Shown here: piece after piece, positions 1-12,300 of the stretch | How the letters are laid out: every line of letters begins with the position of its first letter | Position numbering within the stretch: the first letter of the stretch is position 1 | Assembly: GCA_041659205.1 (NCBI GenBank) | Contig: JBAZYS010000001.1 | Location: 123,166-187,165, forward strand | Direction: 5' to 3' | DNA: 64,000 bases | Source: Minisyncoccota bacterium | GTDB taxonomy: Bacteria; Patescibacteriota; Minisyncoccia; Phycocordibacterales; UBA9973 | Notes under the pieces: model-generated | The model's database searches: none | What the model was told of the DNA's origin: nothing | Seen by the model: only the letters and a program-made list of their open reading frames with translations | Position numbers and translations under genes: made by a program

Positions 1-3000
1 CTCTCGCAATATTTTTTGTTGGTATTAGTGGAATTTTTTTATTTAGTAAAATTACAGAAGCTGCCGCTGCAACTTTCATTCAGTCATCCTGGGCAGGAGG
101 TATCACCGTAAATGTTGCTGCCGATCCTACTGATCAAACTGGATGGACAGAATATGATTCGGCAAATGGAGTTACAGCAGGAGCTACGGTTACTCTCGGT
201 CCAGTGACAAAAAGTTTTATTGACGGTTCTCCTATTACAGCAAATGGAAACCCACCAACTGGTGGGGGATTTTCAAGTGGATTATTCTCTTCTTCAAAAT
301 TTCACGGTGTAAATGGAGAGGGTGGCTGGGTAGGAGCCTTGAATGTGACACTTTTTTCTGGTACTAGTTATGCAGTCGGAGGTTCTCCAAAAAATATTGC
401 TTTTGATTCTATAAATAATGCAGTCTGGGTTACAAATAATAGTAACGGAACGGTAATTAAACTTAATGCAAGTACTGGTTTTCCTATTGGTGTTTATCCG
501 GTTGGTGCTAATCCTCAAGGTATTGCTTTCGATTCTATAAATAATGCAATCTGGGTGACAAATACTTCGGCTAGCACGATTACAAAGGTAGATGGAATAA
601 CAGGCAACATTATAGGGACATATGTAGCTGGAACTACACCTTACGATATTGTATTTGATGCTCCTCAAAATGCAGTTTGGGTTACAGATACTACTGATAA
701 TACAGTAAGTGAATTTGACACAACAACAGGTAATCTTGTTGACACTATACCTGTTGGAAATAGTCCTCAAAGTATTACATACGATAGTACTCTTGGGGAT
801 GAATCTGTTTGGATTGCAAATTACTGGGATAACACTGTCAGCAAAATTAATACTACGACGGGAGTTGTTAGTGGAACTTATGCAGTCGGTGGAAATCCTA
901 CTGATATTGTTTTTGATGTAACAAATAGTTCAGTTTGGGTTTCGAACTATACTGATAGTACAGTTACTCAATTAAATGAATCCAGTGGTGTTCCTATCGG
1001 AACTTACCCAGTTGGGACAAATCCTTCTGGTATTATTTTTGACGTTACCAATAACGCAGTTTGGGTAACAAATAATACTAGTGGTACAGTTACAAAGTTA
1101 GATGCTACAAATGGTAACACTATTATAGGGACTTATTCTACAGGTACAAATCCTGAAGGTGTAGTTTTTGATATTACTAGTAATAGTGTTTGGATAGTAA
1201 ACAATAATAATGGAGTTGGTGATGGTAGTGTTACGAAATTAAATGCTTCAAATGGTAATAACATTGGTGGTCCTTTTGTAACTGGAGCTGGACCTTACGG
1301 TATAGCTTATGATGCGCCGCATAATGCAATTTGGGTAGCAAATAGTGGGGCAAATACTATTAGTGAATATGATGCTTCGACAAGTGTAATTATTGGTAGC
1401 CCTATTGCTACAGGAAATGGTCCTCAAGGTGTTGCATATGACGCAACTAATCATGCAGTGTGGACCCCAAATATAACTGATGGTACTGTTACTAAGATAG
1501 ATACTAATACCAGTACTGTTGTTGGAACGTATGCAGTTGGCACCCTTACTTCTTTTCCTCAAGATATAACTTTTGATGTTACTCAAAATGCTATTTGGGT
1601 TTCAAACCATGGAGATAATGCTGTTGTTAAACTTGATGCTGCGACTGGTGCACCAGTAGGTGCTCCAATTGCAGTAGGTAATTACCCTCAGGGTGTTGCT
1701 TTTGATGTTACCAACAATGCAATTTGGGTAGCAAACAATAGTGATGATACGATTACAAAAGTTGATGCAGCAACGGGTGTTGTTATTGGTAGTCCAATTG
1801 CCGTGGACGTTGGTCCTATGCGTGTTGCTTATGATATTACTCAAAATGCCGTTTGGGTAACAAGCACTAATTCAGTTAGTAAAATTGATGCTACTACAGG
1901 TGTCTTAATTGGTTCCCCAATTTCAGTTGCATTTGCTCCTAGGGGTATCGCATTTGATATTACTAATAATACAATCTTGGTTACAAACAATGGAAATACA
2001 GTTACTAGAATTAATGCTGCCACGGGTGTGATTATGGGGGGACTAATTCCTATGTCTAGTACTTATCCTGAAAATATTGCTTACGATATTACTAATAATG
2101 TTTTTTGGGTGACGGATGTAAGTGGTAATAAAATTTTTAAAATTAAACCCATCGATGGTTCTTATATAACATCTGCTGGGTCTTTTGTTTCTGCTGTTAT
2201 AGATTTTACTGAAGTATCACAATTTACGACATTCGCATTTACAGCAACAACACCCATAAATACAGGAATTACAATGGACGTGCGTGGTTCTGTAGATAAT
2301 ATTACCTGGACATCATGGATAACAAATGTTTCAAATGGAGGAAGCATAAGTGCTCTTACGGGTAATAGATATATTCAATATCGTGCAAATCTTACTTCTA
2401 CAGATGCAACAGTTACCCCTACTCTTAGTGATGTAAGTGTTAGTTCTGCTTCTTGGACATTTATAGACGATGAGCCGACGAGCACCACTCCAGTACCTCC
2501 TTCGGCAAGTGGGGGTGATTTTACTAATGGTACTAATTCTGGCACATCAGCTTCTTGGTATGTTTATCTTACTCCTGGAATAGCCGCTGGAACAAGGACT
2601 GATTATTCTTTAGCTTCAGGGTTTAATCCGATAGGTGTTGCTTTTGATAATGTTACAAATTCAGTATGGGTAGCAATGCATGGTAGTGGTTGGATTGAAA
2701 AAATGGATATTAATACAGGTACAAAAGTTGATTATCCAATGACTGGACATTATTATCTTTCACCGTGGGCAATGGCTTTTGATAATGTTACTAACTCTAT
2801 TTGGGTGACAGAATATTACGAAGGACAAGTTAGTAAAGTAAATGTAAATGATGGCACCTTTGTGGATTATAATGTCGGAGCATTTCCTCAGGCTATTGCG
2901 TTTGATAATGTTACAAATTCAGTATGGGTTACGAATTCTTCTGACAACACAGTGAGTAAGGTAGATATTACTGCAGGTACTAAAGTGGATTATGCAACTG

Positions 3001-4589
3001 GCACTGAACCAATAGGTGTGGCTTTTGATAATTTTACTAATTCTGTGTGGGTGGCAAATTTTGCAGGTGGTGCTGGTAACACTGTAAGTAAAATAAATAT
3101 TAATACTGGTACCAAGGTTGATTACAGTACAGGGACAGGGCCATATGGTGTAGCTTTTGATAATGTTACTAACTCAGTATGGGTGACAAATATGGTTGAT
3201 AATACAGTTACTAAAATTAATGCCACTACTGGTGCCACCATAGGTACTTATGGTGTTGGCTCAGATCCACGTGCAGCTACTTTTGATAATGTTACCAATT
3301 CTATTTGGGTGACAAGCTACAATGCGAATAGTGTAAATAAGATAAACGTAAATACGGGCACAAGCGTTAGCTATGGTGTAGGATGGCAACCTTGGGGTAT
3401 TGCTTTTGATAATGTTACTAACTCAGTATGGGTAGGAAATTATGATAGTTTTGCTAATCATCCGCCAACAAGAATAAGTAAAGTAAAAATTATGAATGAT
3501 CCTTATGTCTCACCTGGTACTTTTACTTCGGCTGTTATAGATTTTGGTGCAGCTGCATTTTTGAATACAATTTCTTTTAGTACAGCTTTGCCCGCGAATA
3601 CAAATATTACTATAGACTTACGAGCTGGTAATGTGGCAGTTCCTGATGGATCTTGGACAGATTGGGCGATAAATACAGATGTTGCAAATGGGGGAGACAT
3701 TAGTGCACTTTCTAGTAATCGATATATTCAGTATCGTGCAAATCTTACGACTACGGATGGAATAAATACACCGGATCTTTATAGTGTTACTTTTAATTAT
3801 TATTTTTCATTACAAAGACAATTAAGTGGTGATCTTACTTCTTCTGTGTATGATGCAGGTTCTGCTGACAATACAATTACGAAGATAGCTTGGAGTGCCA
3901 CGGGAACTTCACCTTCAGAGATTGTTAAATTTCAAGTACGTTCATCTCCTGATGGTGCGACATGGTCCAACTGGTGTGGACCGAGCGTTACTTGCGATGG
4001 TACAGATTATTTCCTTGATGTAAATAATGATGTTGCCCTTGATTCTGGTCATCCACTTAGAAATGGTGCTGATGATGAATTTTTTCAGTATAAAGTATTT
4101 CTTGCTGGAGATGGAAGTGCGACGCCCACTCTCACCTCAGTAACTATTTCATATGATGTAACTCCTGTTACACCTCCTCCCGGCGGAGGTGGAGGCTCAT
4201 TTGCAGTTGGCCCTACTTCAGTTTCTGGAGCGGCTACTTCTGTCACTGTTACTAATGCAATCTTAAATGGAACAGTAAATGCAAATGGGGCAACTGATAC
4301 AATGCGTTATTTTGAGTGGGGAACAGCTCCTGATGTATTGAGCAATCAGACACCACACATAGCCCATACGAATATTCCATCTGGAACCACTGCCACACTT
4401 TCTTGGTCAAACATAAATGGAGCGACATTATGCAAAATAAATGGAGGACAATATGTAGACAAGGTCGTATCGTGTACGGGGGGAAGTCTTATCACAGATA
4501 CACTTACAACAAATACAACTTACATTCTTATGGCTTCAAATGGTTATGGAGGAGAAGTGACGAAGAGTTTGAGTGTAATTGTGCCGTAG
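1..4589 (+). CDS. Large secreted YVTN/NHL-like beta-propeller repeat surface protein; 5'-truncated by the window edge
   Basis: The frame is open from nt 3 (LAIFFVGISGIFLFSKITEAAAATFIQSSWAGG...) and matches the N-terminus of paralogue 9350..13030, so the GTG at 204 is not the start. Many ~42-aa repeats (GxxPxGIAFDxxNNAVWVxN). No C-terminal TM segment. Confidence 0.85.
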   Translation, partial: LAIFFVGISGIFLFSKITEAAAATFIQSSWAGGITVNVAADPTDQTGWTEYDSANGVTAGATVTLGPVTKSFIDGSPITANGNPPTGGGFSSGLFSSSKFHGVNGEGGWVGALNVTLFSGTSYAVGGSPKNIAFDSINNAVWVTNNSNGTVIKLNASTGFPIGVYPVGANPQGIAFDSINNAIWVTNTSASTITKVDGITGNIIGTYVAGTTPYDIVFDAPQNAVWVTDTTDNTVSEFDTTTGNLVDTIPVGNSPQSITYDSTLGDESVWIANYWDNTVSKINTTTGVVSGTYAVGGNPTDIVFDVTNSSVWVSNYTDSTVTQLNESSGVPIGTYPVGTNPSGIIFDVTNNAVWVTNNTSGTVTKLDATNGNTIIGTYSTGTNPEGVVFDITSNSVWIVNNNNGVGDGSVTKLNASNGNNIGGPFVTGAGPYGIAYDAPHNAIWVANSGANTISEYDASTSVIIGSPIATGNGPQGVAYDATNHAVWTPNITDGTVTKIDTNTSTVVGTYAVGTLTSFPQDITFDVTQNAIWVSNHGDNAVVKLDAATGAPVGAPIAVGNYPQGVAFDVTNNAIWVANNSDDTITKVDAATGVVIGSPIAVDVGPMRVAYDITQNAVWVTSTNSVSKIDATTGVLIGSPISVAFAPRGIAFDITNNTILVTNNGNTVTRINAATGVIMGGLIPMSSTYPENIAYDITNNVFWVTDVSGNKIFKIKPIDGSYITSAGSFVSAVIDFTEVSQFTTFAFTATTPINTGITMDVRGSVDNITWTSWITNVSNGGSISALTGNRYIQYRANLTSTDATVTPTLSDVSVSSASWTFIDDEPTSTTPVPPSASGGDFTNGTNSGTSASWYVYLTPGIAAGTRTDYSLASGFNPIGVAFDNVTNSVWVAMHGSGWIEKMDINTGTKVDYPMTGHYYLSPWAMAFDNVTNSIWVTEYYEGQVSKVNVNDGTFVDYNVGAFPQAIAFDNVTNSVWVTNSSDNTVSKVDITAGTKVDYATGTEPIGVAFDNFTNSVWVANFAGGAGNTVSKININTGTKVDYSTGTGPYGVAFDNVTNSVWVTNMVDNTVTKINATTGATIGTYGVGSDPRAATFDNVTNSIWVTSYNANSVNKINVNTGTSVSYGVGWQPWGIAFDNVTNSVWVGNYDSFANHPPTRISKVKIMNDPYVSPGTFTSAVIDFGAAAFLNTISFSTALPANTNITIDLRAGNVAVPDGSWTDWAINTDVANGGDISALSSNRYIQYRANLTTTDGINTPDLYSVTFNYYFSLQRQLSGDLTSSVYDAGSADNTITKIAWSATGTSPSEIVKFQVRSSPDGATWSNWCGPSVTCDGTDYFLDVNNDVALDSGHPLRNGADDEFFQYKVFLAGDGSATPTLTSVTISYDVTPVTPPPGGGGGSFAVGPTSVSGAATSVTVTNAILNGTVNANGATDTMRYFEWGTAPDVLSNQTPHIAHTNIPSGTTATLSWSNINGATLCKINGGQYVDKVVSCTGGSLITDTLTTNTTYILMASNGYGGEVTKSLSVIVP

Positions 4590-4643
4590 TTATTTTTAAT
4601 TATTATTAACATTTATATTATTATCAGTAGGGAAATTAAATAC

Positions 4644-7600
4644 ATGAAATACAAATCTTATAAAATTATTATTCTTGCAGTTTTAGTAATAGGTTTTCTC
4701 TTTATGAGTAGAGCTTTTGTATCTGCAGTGGCGCTTGATTTTAGGGCTGAAAGTAATCCAACGTTAACATCAGGCCCCATCTATGCTGGAAGTTCAGCTT
4801 CTTTTAAAGCTCAGATTGGAGGAACATATTCTACTGCATCTCTTGTTCCTTCTTTTTGGAGATTGGCTTGGACAACTAATTCAGCAGATTATAACAATAC
4901 TCCTCAGCCAGGCAATTCTTGGACAATTACTCAATATTCTTCTAGTCCATCAACTTCCAACCTAGATAGTAGTGTTGCTAGTTCTAGATATATTTATTCT
5001 TCCCCGATTCCTTTTAGTCAGCCAAATTCAAGTGGGTATAGATATCTTATTATGGGCTGTGTAAATGGAACTTCTCCTGTAAATCCATATTCTAATGCAA
5101 ACGGACCTGATTATACTTCGTATGTAGGTCCTATGAATGGTGTCACCAACGGGGAAACAAATACGCTCGATAATTGTACTTTTTGGACGAGTTTAAATGT
5201 AAATGCTGGTTGTACTAACGGAGCGAATAATCCTCCTTCTTGTAATGCTTGTACTGCACCATTAACTTGGGATGGAAATAATTGTACTCTCCCTGTTATG
5301 TCTGGCACACTTACTCCTGCAAATTCTACTTGTACAATTGCATCAGGGGCAAGTAAGTGTAGTAGAGTTTTAACATGGACAACAGCAAATCCCGTTGGGA
5401 CATCTGCTGTCACAAACGGAAGTGGAGCAACTCCTAATCCTAGTGCAAGTAGTAATAATACTTTTCAAACTTTTTTTATTCCATACAACAATGGCACACC
5501 CATTACTTTTTATCTTTATAATAATGCAGTGAACCTTGCAACAGCAACCGTCACTCCAGTTTGTGTAAATGGTACTGCCTGGGATGGAAGTAAATGCCAG
5601 ACTATTCCCACTCCTGTAAATGGAGTCTGTGGTGCTACTCATTATGTATGTACCGTGGGAACAAGTGCCAGTAATGTAAGTAGTACTTATGCTTGGAATT
5701 GGACCTGTAATGGTTCTGGTGGTGGATTAGATGCATTCTGTAAAGAAAACAAACCCGCAATGTCTGGCACACTTACTCCTGCAACTTCTAGTTGTACGAT
5801 TGCCCTTGGTGCAAGTACTTGTATAAAACTTTTAACTTGGACGACCACAAATCCTGTTGGTACTTCTGCTGTCACTAACGGAAATGGTGCAACTCCAAAT
5901 CCTAGCCCAAGTGCAAATAATAGTTCGAAAACTTTTACCATTCCTTATGGTAGTGGAGCAGGTACAACATTTTATCTTTATAACAATGCGGTGAACCTTG
6001 CGACAGCCAATGTGACACCGAGCTGTGCCACGGGAAGCACCTGGAACGGAAGTATTTGTATTTCTAATACTTGTGACAATGGAGCAAGTAATTATCCTAC
6101 TTGTACTAATTGTCCAGCATCACAAGTTTTGAATAATGCTACAGCAACTTGTGTTCCTCCACTTTCTATTTCATTAGGTTCAACAAATTATTCTGCAACA
6201 TTACCTAATCATACAATTTCAGGAATTTATACTCTCACAAATGGGACATCTTCTAATACGACTTGTAGGTTATTAGATGGTTCTGGTACACCACTTACTA
6301 CATACGCACCATGCACGGGAAGTATTTCAGTTGTTGCCCCATCTTCTGCTGGTTCTTATGGGTATTCTATCCAAGCATTTAAAGCTTCAACCGGAGAAAC
6401 AAAAGTTAGTAATGCATTCACTGTGAATATTATTATTCCTTTTGCAACTCCACCTGCACCAGTAATAACTATTTCTGCAAATCCTGCAGTAATTACATCC
6501 GGGGGAACATCAACGATTAGCTGGTCAGCTCTTAACGTCACTCAAGGTTGTACAGCATCTGGAGCTTGGTCTGGCGCGCAACAAGAAATAGGGACAATTG
6601 GAACGGGAGCACTAACTACGGGGACATATACATACACTCTTACATGTACTGGTGGCCTTGGTAGAAGTGGAAGTGGAAGTGCGACAGTTACCGTAAATCC
6701 TGTAGTAGTTACTAGTTGTACAAATGGTACAAATAATCCTCCTGCATGTAATATTTGCACAGGAGCATTTTCCTGGAATGGTTCCACTTGTGTTGCTAAC
6801 CCTGTAATTGGAACTTTTTCTTCCACTCTTAATACTGGAAATCTTCCTGGTTCATTTTCAGAAATAATTTCTAATCTTTCAAAAAATACTACCTATTATT
6901 TCCGCGCAGTAGCACAAAATTCACAAGGGACATCAAATGGGCAGACTCTTAGTTTTACAACTCTAGATACTCCACCTGCATTAGTTCTTCCATCTGTTAC
7001 TACAGAGAGTGCGACAGCTGTTGCAAATACGTCTGCAACATTTAATGGAAATGTAGACCCTAATGGCACAACTGATACAACTCGATATTTTGAATGGGGA
7101 ACATCTGCATTGAGTTTAAGTAATCAAACGACACACACCAGTCAAGGTCCCACCCTTGGTACTTTCTCGGATACTGTTTCTAGTTTTGCAAAAGATACTA
7201 CCTATTATTTCCGCGCAGTAGCTACAAATTCTAATGGAACAGTATATGGCCAGGTATCTTCTTTTAAAACTACAAATGTTATTGATTTAGAGATACCACT
7301 CGCTCCAGTTGTAACTATTTCTGCTTCACCTAAAACTGTTGTAGTTGATGGAACATCAGTAATTACATATACAGTTAAAAATGTAACTCAAGGTTGTGTT
7401 AAAACAGGAGATTGGTCAGGAGCAACTGAAGGCTCTGGAACATATACAACAGATGCACTTCCTGCTGGTTTATATACATATACTCTCACGTGTACGGGCG
7501 GCCTTGGGATAACAGGAAGTGGAAGTGTGGCAGTGACATCAAGAGAAAAAGTTCCAAATGTGCTTGCTCCTACTGTTACTACGAGTAGTGTGGGATCTAT

Positions 7601-9350
7601 CACTAAGACAGAGGCAGCACTGAGTGGATATTTAAATCCAAATGGTCTTACTGATATGGTTCGTTATTTTGAATGGGGAACATCTGCATCAAGTTTAAGT
7701 AATCAAACTACTCACTATAATCATGGTGCGACAGCAGACGGCTTTTCCGAAAATATTTCTGGTCTTACATCTAATACTCCATATTATTTCCGCGCGGTAG
7801 CAGAGAATTCAAGTGGTACAATTTATGGAACTGTTCTTCCGTTTATTACAGATTCAGATGTTGTAGATTTACAAAATCCTCCTGCTCCCGTAGTTGCAAT
7901 TGCAGCTTCACCAACATTGGTTGCTGCGGGTGATACTTCAGAGATTACTTGGACAACTGCAAACGTTACTCAGGGTTGTGTTTCTTCAGGTGGTTGGTCT
8001 GGAACGAGAGCAGATTCAGGTACACATACTACAATTCCTCTTTCTTCCGGAGAACATACATTTACTCTTACATGTACGGGTGGTCAAAATAGAACTGGAA
8101 GTGCAAGTGTCTTAGTAACAGCAGAATCTCTTGTTGGTCCTGGTGGTACGGGTGGTGGAGGCTCTGGTGGGGGGAATGGAGGTTCTGATACGAACAGCGG
8201 CGGTGGAGGTTTTGGTACTGGAGGAAGTGCGAGTGGTGGTGCAGGTAGTACAGGCACTAGCGGAGGTACAGGTGGGGGAAATACTATTACGGAAGCGATT
8301 GGGAATACATTGTCAGAAATTCTTGCTCCTGTTATTACGCCTGAAGTTAAGAAAATAATTACTACAACTAGAAAAAATATTGCTGAGTATTCAGACACAC
8401 CAGCTGGGGCTGTTACCACGACGACCGTCACCGCTCTCGGTGCAGGAGGAGGAAGTGCCATTGCGCTTGTTTCCGCAGGTGGAACCGTTACTTCTCTAGC
8501 AGATATTCCACTGCTTGCATTACGCTTATGGAGCATGTTGCTCGTGTCTCTGGGACTAAGAAAGAAACGTGCACCTTGGGGAACAGTTTATGATAGTGTC
8601 ACAAAACAACCACTTGATCCAGTGTATGTAATTTTAAATGATCAAGCAGGAAAAGAAATTAAAACAGCAATCACTGACCTAGATGGGCGTTTCGGTTTTC
8701 TTGTACCACCTGGTTCTTACCAAATCACAACGAAGAAAACAAATTACCAAGCTCCATCAACCAAACTTGCTGGTAAAAACAGTGATGAGCTTTATGATAA
8801 TTTGTATTTCGGTGGGGAAGTTGTTCTAGGAGAGGATGCAGTTATCACAAAAAATATTCCGATGGACCCACTTGCTTTCGACTGGAACGAATTTGCAAAA
8901 CGTGATAAAAAACTCATGACTTTCTATTCTAAAAATACTCGCATTCTTTCCATTGTTCTGAACGCTCTCTTTTACGTTGGGCTATTGTCAGTTATTATTC
9001 TTTTTATTGCAAAACCAGATAAGCTTAACCTTGCAATACTTATAGTTTACGGTATTCTTCTTGTTCTTCATTTACTAGGATTTAAACCTAAAACCTTCGG
9101 TACAATTATTGACACTGCAACAAAAGAGCCTCTATCCTTCGCTGTTGTTCGTGTCTTTAGAAAAGGTTTTCCTCAAGAACTCTTCCATCGTGTGGCAGAT
9201 AAATATGGACACTATTATTGTTTACTCGCGAAAGGTGAATATTATGTCACTATCGACAAAAAGAATGTAGATGAATCTTATACCACTATCTTTACTTCAG
9301 AATTAATTAATGCAAAAAAAGGAATTATTAACGAGAACTTCACTGTGTAA
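4644..9350 (+). CDS. Secreted, membrane-anchored stalk protein: Cys-rich and Ig-like repeats, Fn3-like domains, Gly-rich linker, C-terminal TM segments with carboxypeptidase-regulatory-like domains
   Basis: N-terminal signal peptide; YYFRAVA Fn3 motifs; internal duplication ~5296-5600 vs ~5758-6060; PWGTVYDSVTKQPLDP...TDLDGRFGFLVPPGSY; hydrophobic segments near the C-terminus. Confidence 0.85.
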   Translation: MKYKSYKIIILAVLVIGFLFMSRAFVSAVALDFRAESNPTLTSGPIYAGSSASFKAQIGGTYSTASLVPSFWRLAWTTNSADYNNTPQPGNSWTITQYSSSPSTSNLDSSVASSRYIYSSPIPFSQPNSSGYRYLIMGCVNGTSPVNPYSNANGPDYTSYVGPMNGVTNGETNTLDNCTFWTSLNVNAGCTNGANNPPSCNACTAPLTWDGNNCTLPVMSGTLTPANSTCTIASGASKCSRVLTWTTANPVGTSAVTNGSGATPNPSASSNNTFQTFFIPYNNGTPITFYLYNNAVNLATATVTPVCVNGTAWDGSKCQTIPTPVNGVCGATHYVCTVGTSASNVSSTYAWNWTCNGSGGGLDAFCKENKPAMSGTLTPATSSCTIALGASTCIKLLTWTTTNPVGTSAVTNGNGATPNPSPSANNSSKTFTIPYGSGAGTTFYLYNNAVNLATANVTPSCATGSTWNGSICISNTCDNGASNYPTCTNCPASQVLNNATATCVPPLSISLGSTNYSATLPNHTISGIYTLTNGTSSNTTCRLLDGSGTPLTTYAPCTGSISVVAPSSAGSYGYSIQAFKASTGETKVSNAFTVNIIIPFATPPAPVITISANPAVITSGGTSTISWSALNVTQGCTASGAWSGAQQEIGTIGTGALTTGTYTYTLTCTGGLGRSGSGSATVTVNPVVVTSCTNGTNNPPACNICTGAFSWNGSTCVANPVIGTFSSTLNTGNLPGSFSEIISNLSKNTTYYFRAVAQNSQGTSNGQTLSFTTLDTPPALVLPSVTTESATAVANTSATFNGNVDPNGTTDTTRYFEWGTSALSLSNQTTHTSQGPTLGTFSDTVSSFAKDTTYYFRAVATNSNGTVYGQVSSFKTTNVIDLEIPLAPVVTISASPKTVVVDGTSVITYTVKNVTQGCVKTGDWSGATEGSGTYTTDALPAGLYTYTLTCTGGLGITGSGSVAVTSREKVPNVLAPTVTTSSVGSITKTEAALSGYLNPNGLTDMVRYFEWGTSASSLSNQTTHYNHGATADGFSENISGLTSNTPYYFRAVAENSSGTIYGTVLPFITDSDVVDLQNPPAPVVAIAASPTLVAAGDTSEITWTTANVTQGCVSSGGWSGTRADSGTHTTIPLSSGEHTFTLTCTGGQNRTGSASVLVTAESLVGPGGTGGGGSGGGNGGSDTNSGGGGFGTGGSASGGAGSTGTSGGTGGGNTITEAIGNTLSEILAPVITPEVKKIITTTRKNIAEYSDTPAGAVTTTTVTALGAGGGSAIALVSAGGTVTSLADIPLLALRLWSMLLVSLGLRKKRAPWGTVYDSVTKQPLDPVYVILNDQAGKEIKTAITDLDGRFGFLVPPGSYQITTKKTNYQAPSTKLAGKNSDELYDNLYFGGEVVLGEDAVITKNIPMDPLAFDWNEFAKRDKKLMTFYSKNTRILSIVLNALFYVGLLSVIILFIAKPDKLNLAILIVYGILLVLHLLGFKPKTFGTIIDTATKEPLSFAVVRVFRKGFPQELFHRVADKYGHYYCLLAKGEYYVTIDKKNVDESYTTIFTSELINAKKGIINENFTV

Positions 9351-12300
9351 TGAAAAGAGAAAATAAAAAAAAGGGAGGGCATGCTTCAATAAAATTTATT
9401 CTTACAACTTGTGCAATAATCTTTGTTGGTATGAGTGGACTTTTTCTCTATGGAAAATTTGTTCAAGCTGCACCTTTTACATTCGTTCAATCTTCATGGG
9501 CGGGTGGAATTACTGCAAATACAGCAGTTCATGCAAGTAACCAAACAGGGTGGACGGAATATTCTCTAAAGAATGATATGACTGCTGGAGGTACCTTGAC
9601 TCTTCCTGTTTCTAGTAAAAATTTTACGGATGATGGAGTGGTTACTACTATTGGAGGATTTGAGCCAATAATTAATGGATTTTTTAATGGGATAGATTCC
9701 GGTACAACTGTTTACGAAAATTTTGATAAGTCTGCTTATGTTGGGCTAGGCACCCCACTTTATTCTGTAGGTAACAATCCACAAGGCGTTGCTTTTGATG
9801 TCACAAATAATGCAACATGGGTGACAAATAGTGCTAGTAATACAGTTACAAAATTAGATGCTGCAACTGGGGCAGTTATTGGTACTTATGCTGTTGGAAA
9901 TAGTCCACGGGGTGTTGTTTTTGATATTACAAATAATGCAGTTTGGATAGCTAATAGTTTGGATAGTACAGTTACAAAATTAAACGCTGCAACTGGAGCA
10001 GTTATTGGTACATATTCGGCAGGGAATCCTCGAGGTATTGCTTTTGATGTTACAAACAATGCAGTGTGGGTGGTTGATGGACTAAATTTAGTTACAAAAT
10101 TAGATGCTACTACTGGTGCCACAATAGGTTCTTATGCTGTTGGTACAAATCCTTGGGAAGTAACGTTTGATATCACAAATAATGCAGTATGGGTAACAAA
10201 TTCTGATGATAATACAGTTTCAAAATTAGATGCTGTATCTGGTGCTAATATAGGAACTTATTCCACCGGGGGAATTTATCCGCTTGGTGTTGTTTTTGAT
10301 ATTACAAATAATGCAACATGGGTGACTAATGCCAACGATAATACTCTTACTAAATTAAATGCTTCTACTGGAGCTATTGTTGGTACTTATTCAACAGGAA
10401 TTAATCCAGGAGGTATTGATTATGATATTACAAGTAATGTTATTTGGGTTAGAGTTAGTGAAAAAAATAGTGTTGATAAATATAATGCTACTACTGGCGT
10501 TCGTATAAGTAGTTATACATTGAGCAGCAATAGGGGGTCTGCTTATCAAGGTGTTGCGTTTGATATTACAAATAATGCTGTATGGTCCGATATTTTTTTT
10601 GATAATAAAGTTAGTAAAATAGATGCAACTAGTTTGAGATATGTTAGTACTGGAATATTTACTGCTGATGTTGTTGATTATGGTGAATCTACGGTATTTA
10701 ACACTTTGTCATACGACAAATCAACACCCGTAGATACTACTTTAACAATAGATGTAAGAGCAGGAAATGTGGCAGTACCTGATGGTACTTGGACAGCATG
10801 GAGTACTAATATTACAAATGGGGGAGATATTAGCGTAATGAGCGGTAATCAATATATTCAATATCGGGCAAATTTTGCGACGACAAACACTGCAATCTCA
10901 CCCGTCCTTTATGATATAACTATTAGTTCTAATTATTGGACATCTGTAGATGATGGTACTCCCTCTACTCAAGGAGGATCTCTTCCTTCTGGTGGATTTT
11001 TTGCTGGAGGTACTAATTTAAACACGATAGTTTCTGGTTCTGGGGCTGGTGCGAGTGTTGTGCTTGGTGAGGCACCAAGTGTTCCGTATGGTGTGGGTAG
11101 TAATCCAGGTGGTATTGCTTTTGATGTTACAAATAATGCTTTATGGGTATTAAGAGGAGGTGTGAATATTGTAACAAAATTAAATGCAACCACTGGTGCA
11201 GTAATAGGTAATTATTCTTTGGTTGATTCCCCCGGGGGCATTGCTTTTGATGTTACAAATAATGCTATATGGGTAACAAATCAACTTATTAATTCTGTTA
11301 CAAAAATAAATGCAGCGACTGGTGCAATTATCGGTACATATAGTGCTGGTATTAGTGCAGGCCCGAATTATATTACATATGATATTACAAACAACGCAGT
11401 TTGGATTATCAATGGGGATAGCACTGTCTCAAAATTAAATGCTACTACTGGTGCACCAATTGGGGGTTTTATTATGATGGGCTCATTTGGAGTAGATACT
11501 GTTTACGATGTTACAAATAATGTGGTTTGGGTTGTTACTAATAATTCCACAACCTTAACAAAGATTAATGCTACCACTGGTGCATTAATTGGTAGTCCAA
11601 TTTCTGTTGGATTTACTATTGGTGGAATTGCTTTTGATGTTACTAATAACCTTTTGTGGGTTGAAAATTATTTCGCTGGAAGTGTTTATAGATATAATGC
11701 AACTACTAATATTGCTGTCGGGTCTCCTGTGCCAATTGGTGTTCATCCGCAAGGAATAGCATTCGATGTTAGTAATAATATGATCTGGGCTTCAAATCGA
11801 GGAAGTAATAATGTTTTTAAAATTGATGCTTCTACTGGTGTATTGGTGGGGATGTCTATTGCAGTAGGAATTTCACCAATGAATGTTGCTTTTGATATTA
11901 CAAATAATTCAGTTTGGGTGACAAACACTGGTGACACTACTGTCAGTAAAATAAATGCCATACCTGTTTACGCAGCTTCCGGTACCTTCACCTCCTCCAT
12001 CATCGATCTTGGAGCTCTTTCTACACTAAATACACTTTCATATAATGTTACGACTCCAATAAATACTAATATTACAATGGACATAAGAGGATCAGTAGAT
12101 AATATTACTTGGGGTGCTTGGGTTACGGGAGTGTCAAATGGAGGATCAGTAGCAGCCCTATCAGGGAACAGATATATACAATATAAAGCAAACTTAAGCA
12201 CTACAGATACAGCAGTAACTCCATCATTGGACGATGTTACTATCAGTTACTCCCAATATCAATCAAGTGGATCTCTTACATCTTCAGTTTTTGATTCAGC

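Noticed and set aside
4360-6840. Actively excisable DNA circle explaining the split domains
   Set aside because: No direct repeat is visible at the junctions, there is no recombinase, and the same tail is conserved in diverged paralogue P3; at most an ancient event.
400-11950. Periodic gcttttgat...acaaataatgca motif as a CRISPR array
   Set aside because: These are degenerate in-frame ~126-nt propeller-blade coding repeats; no cas genes.
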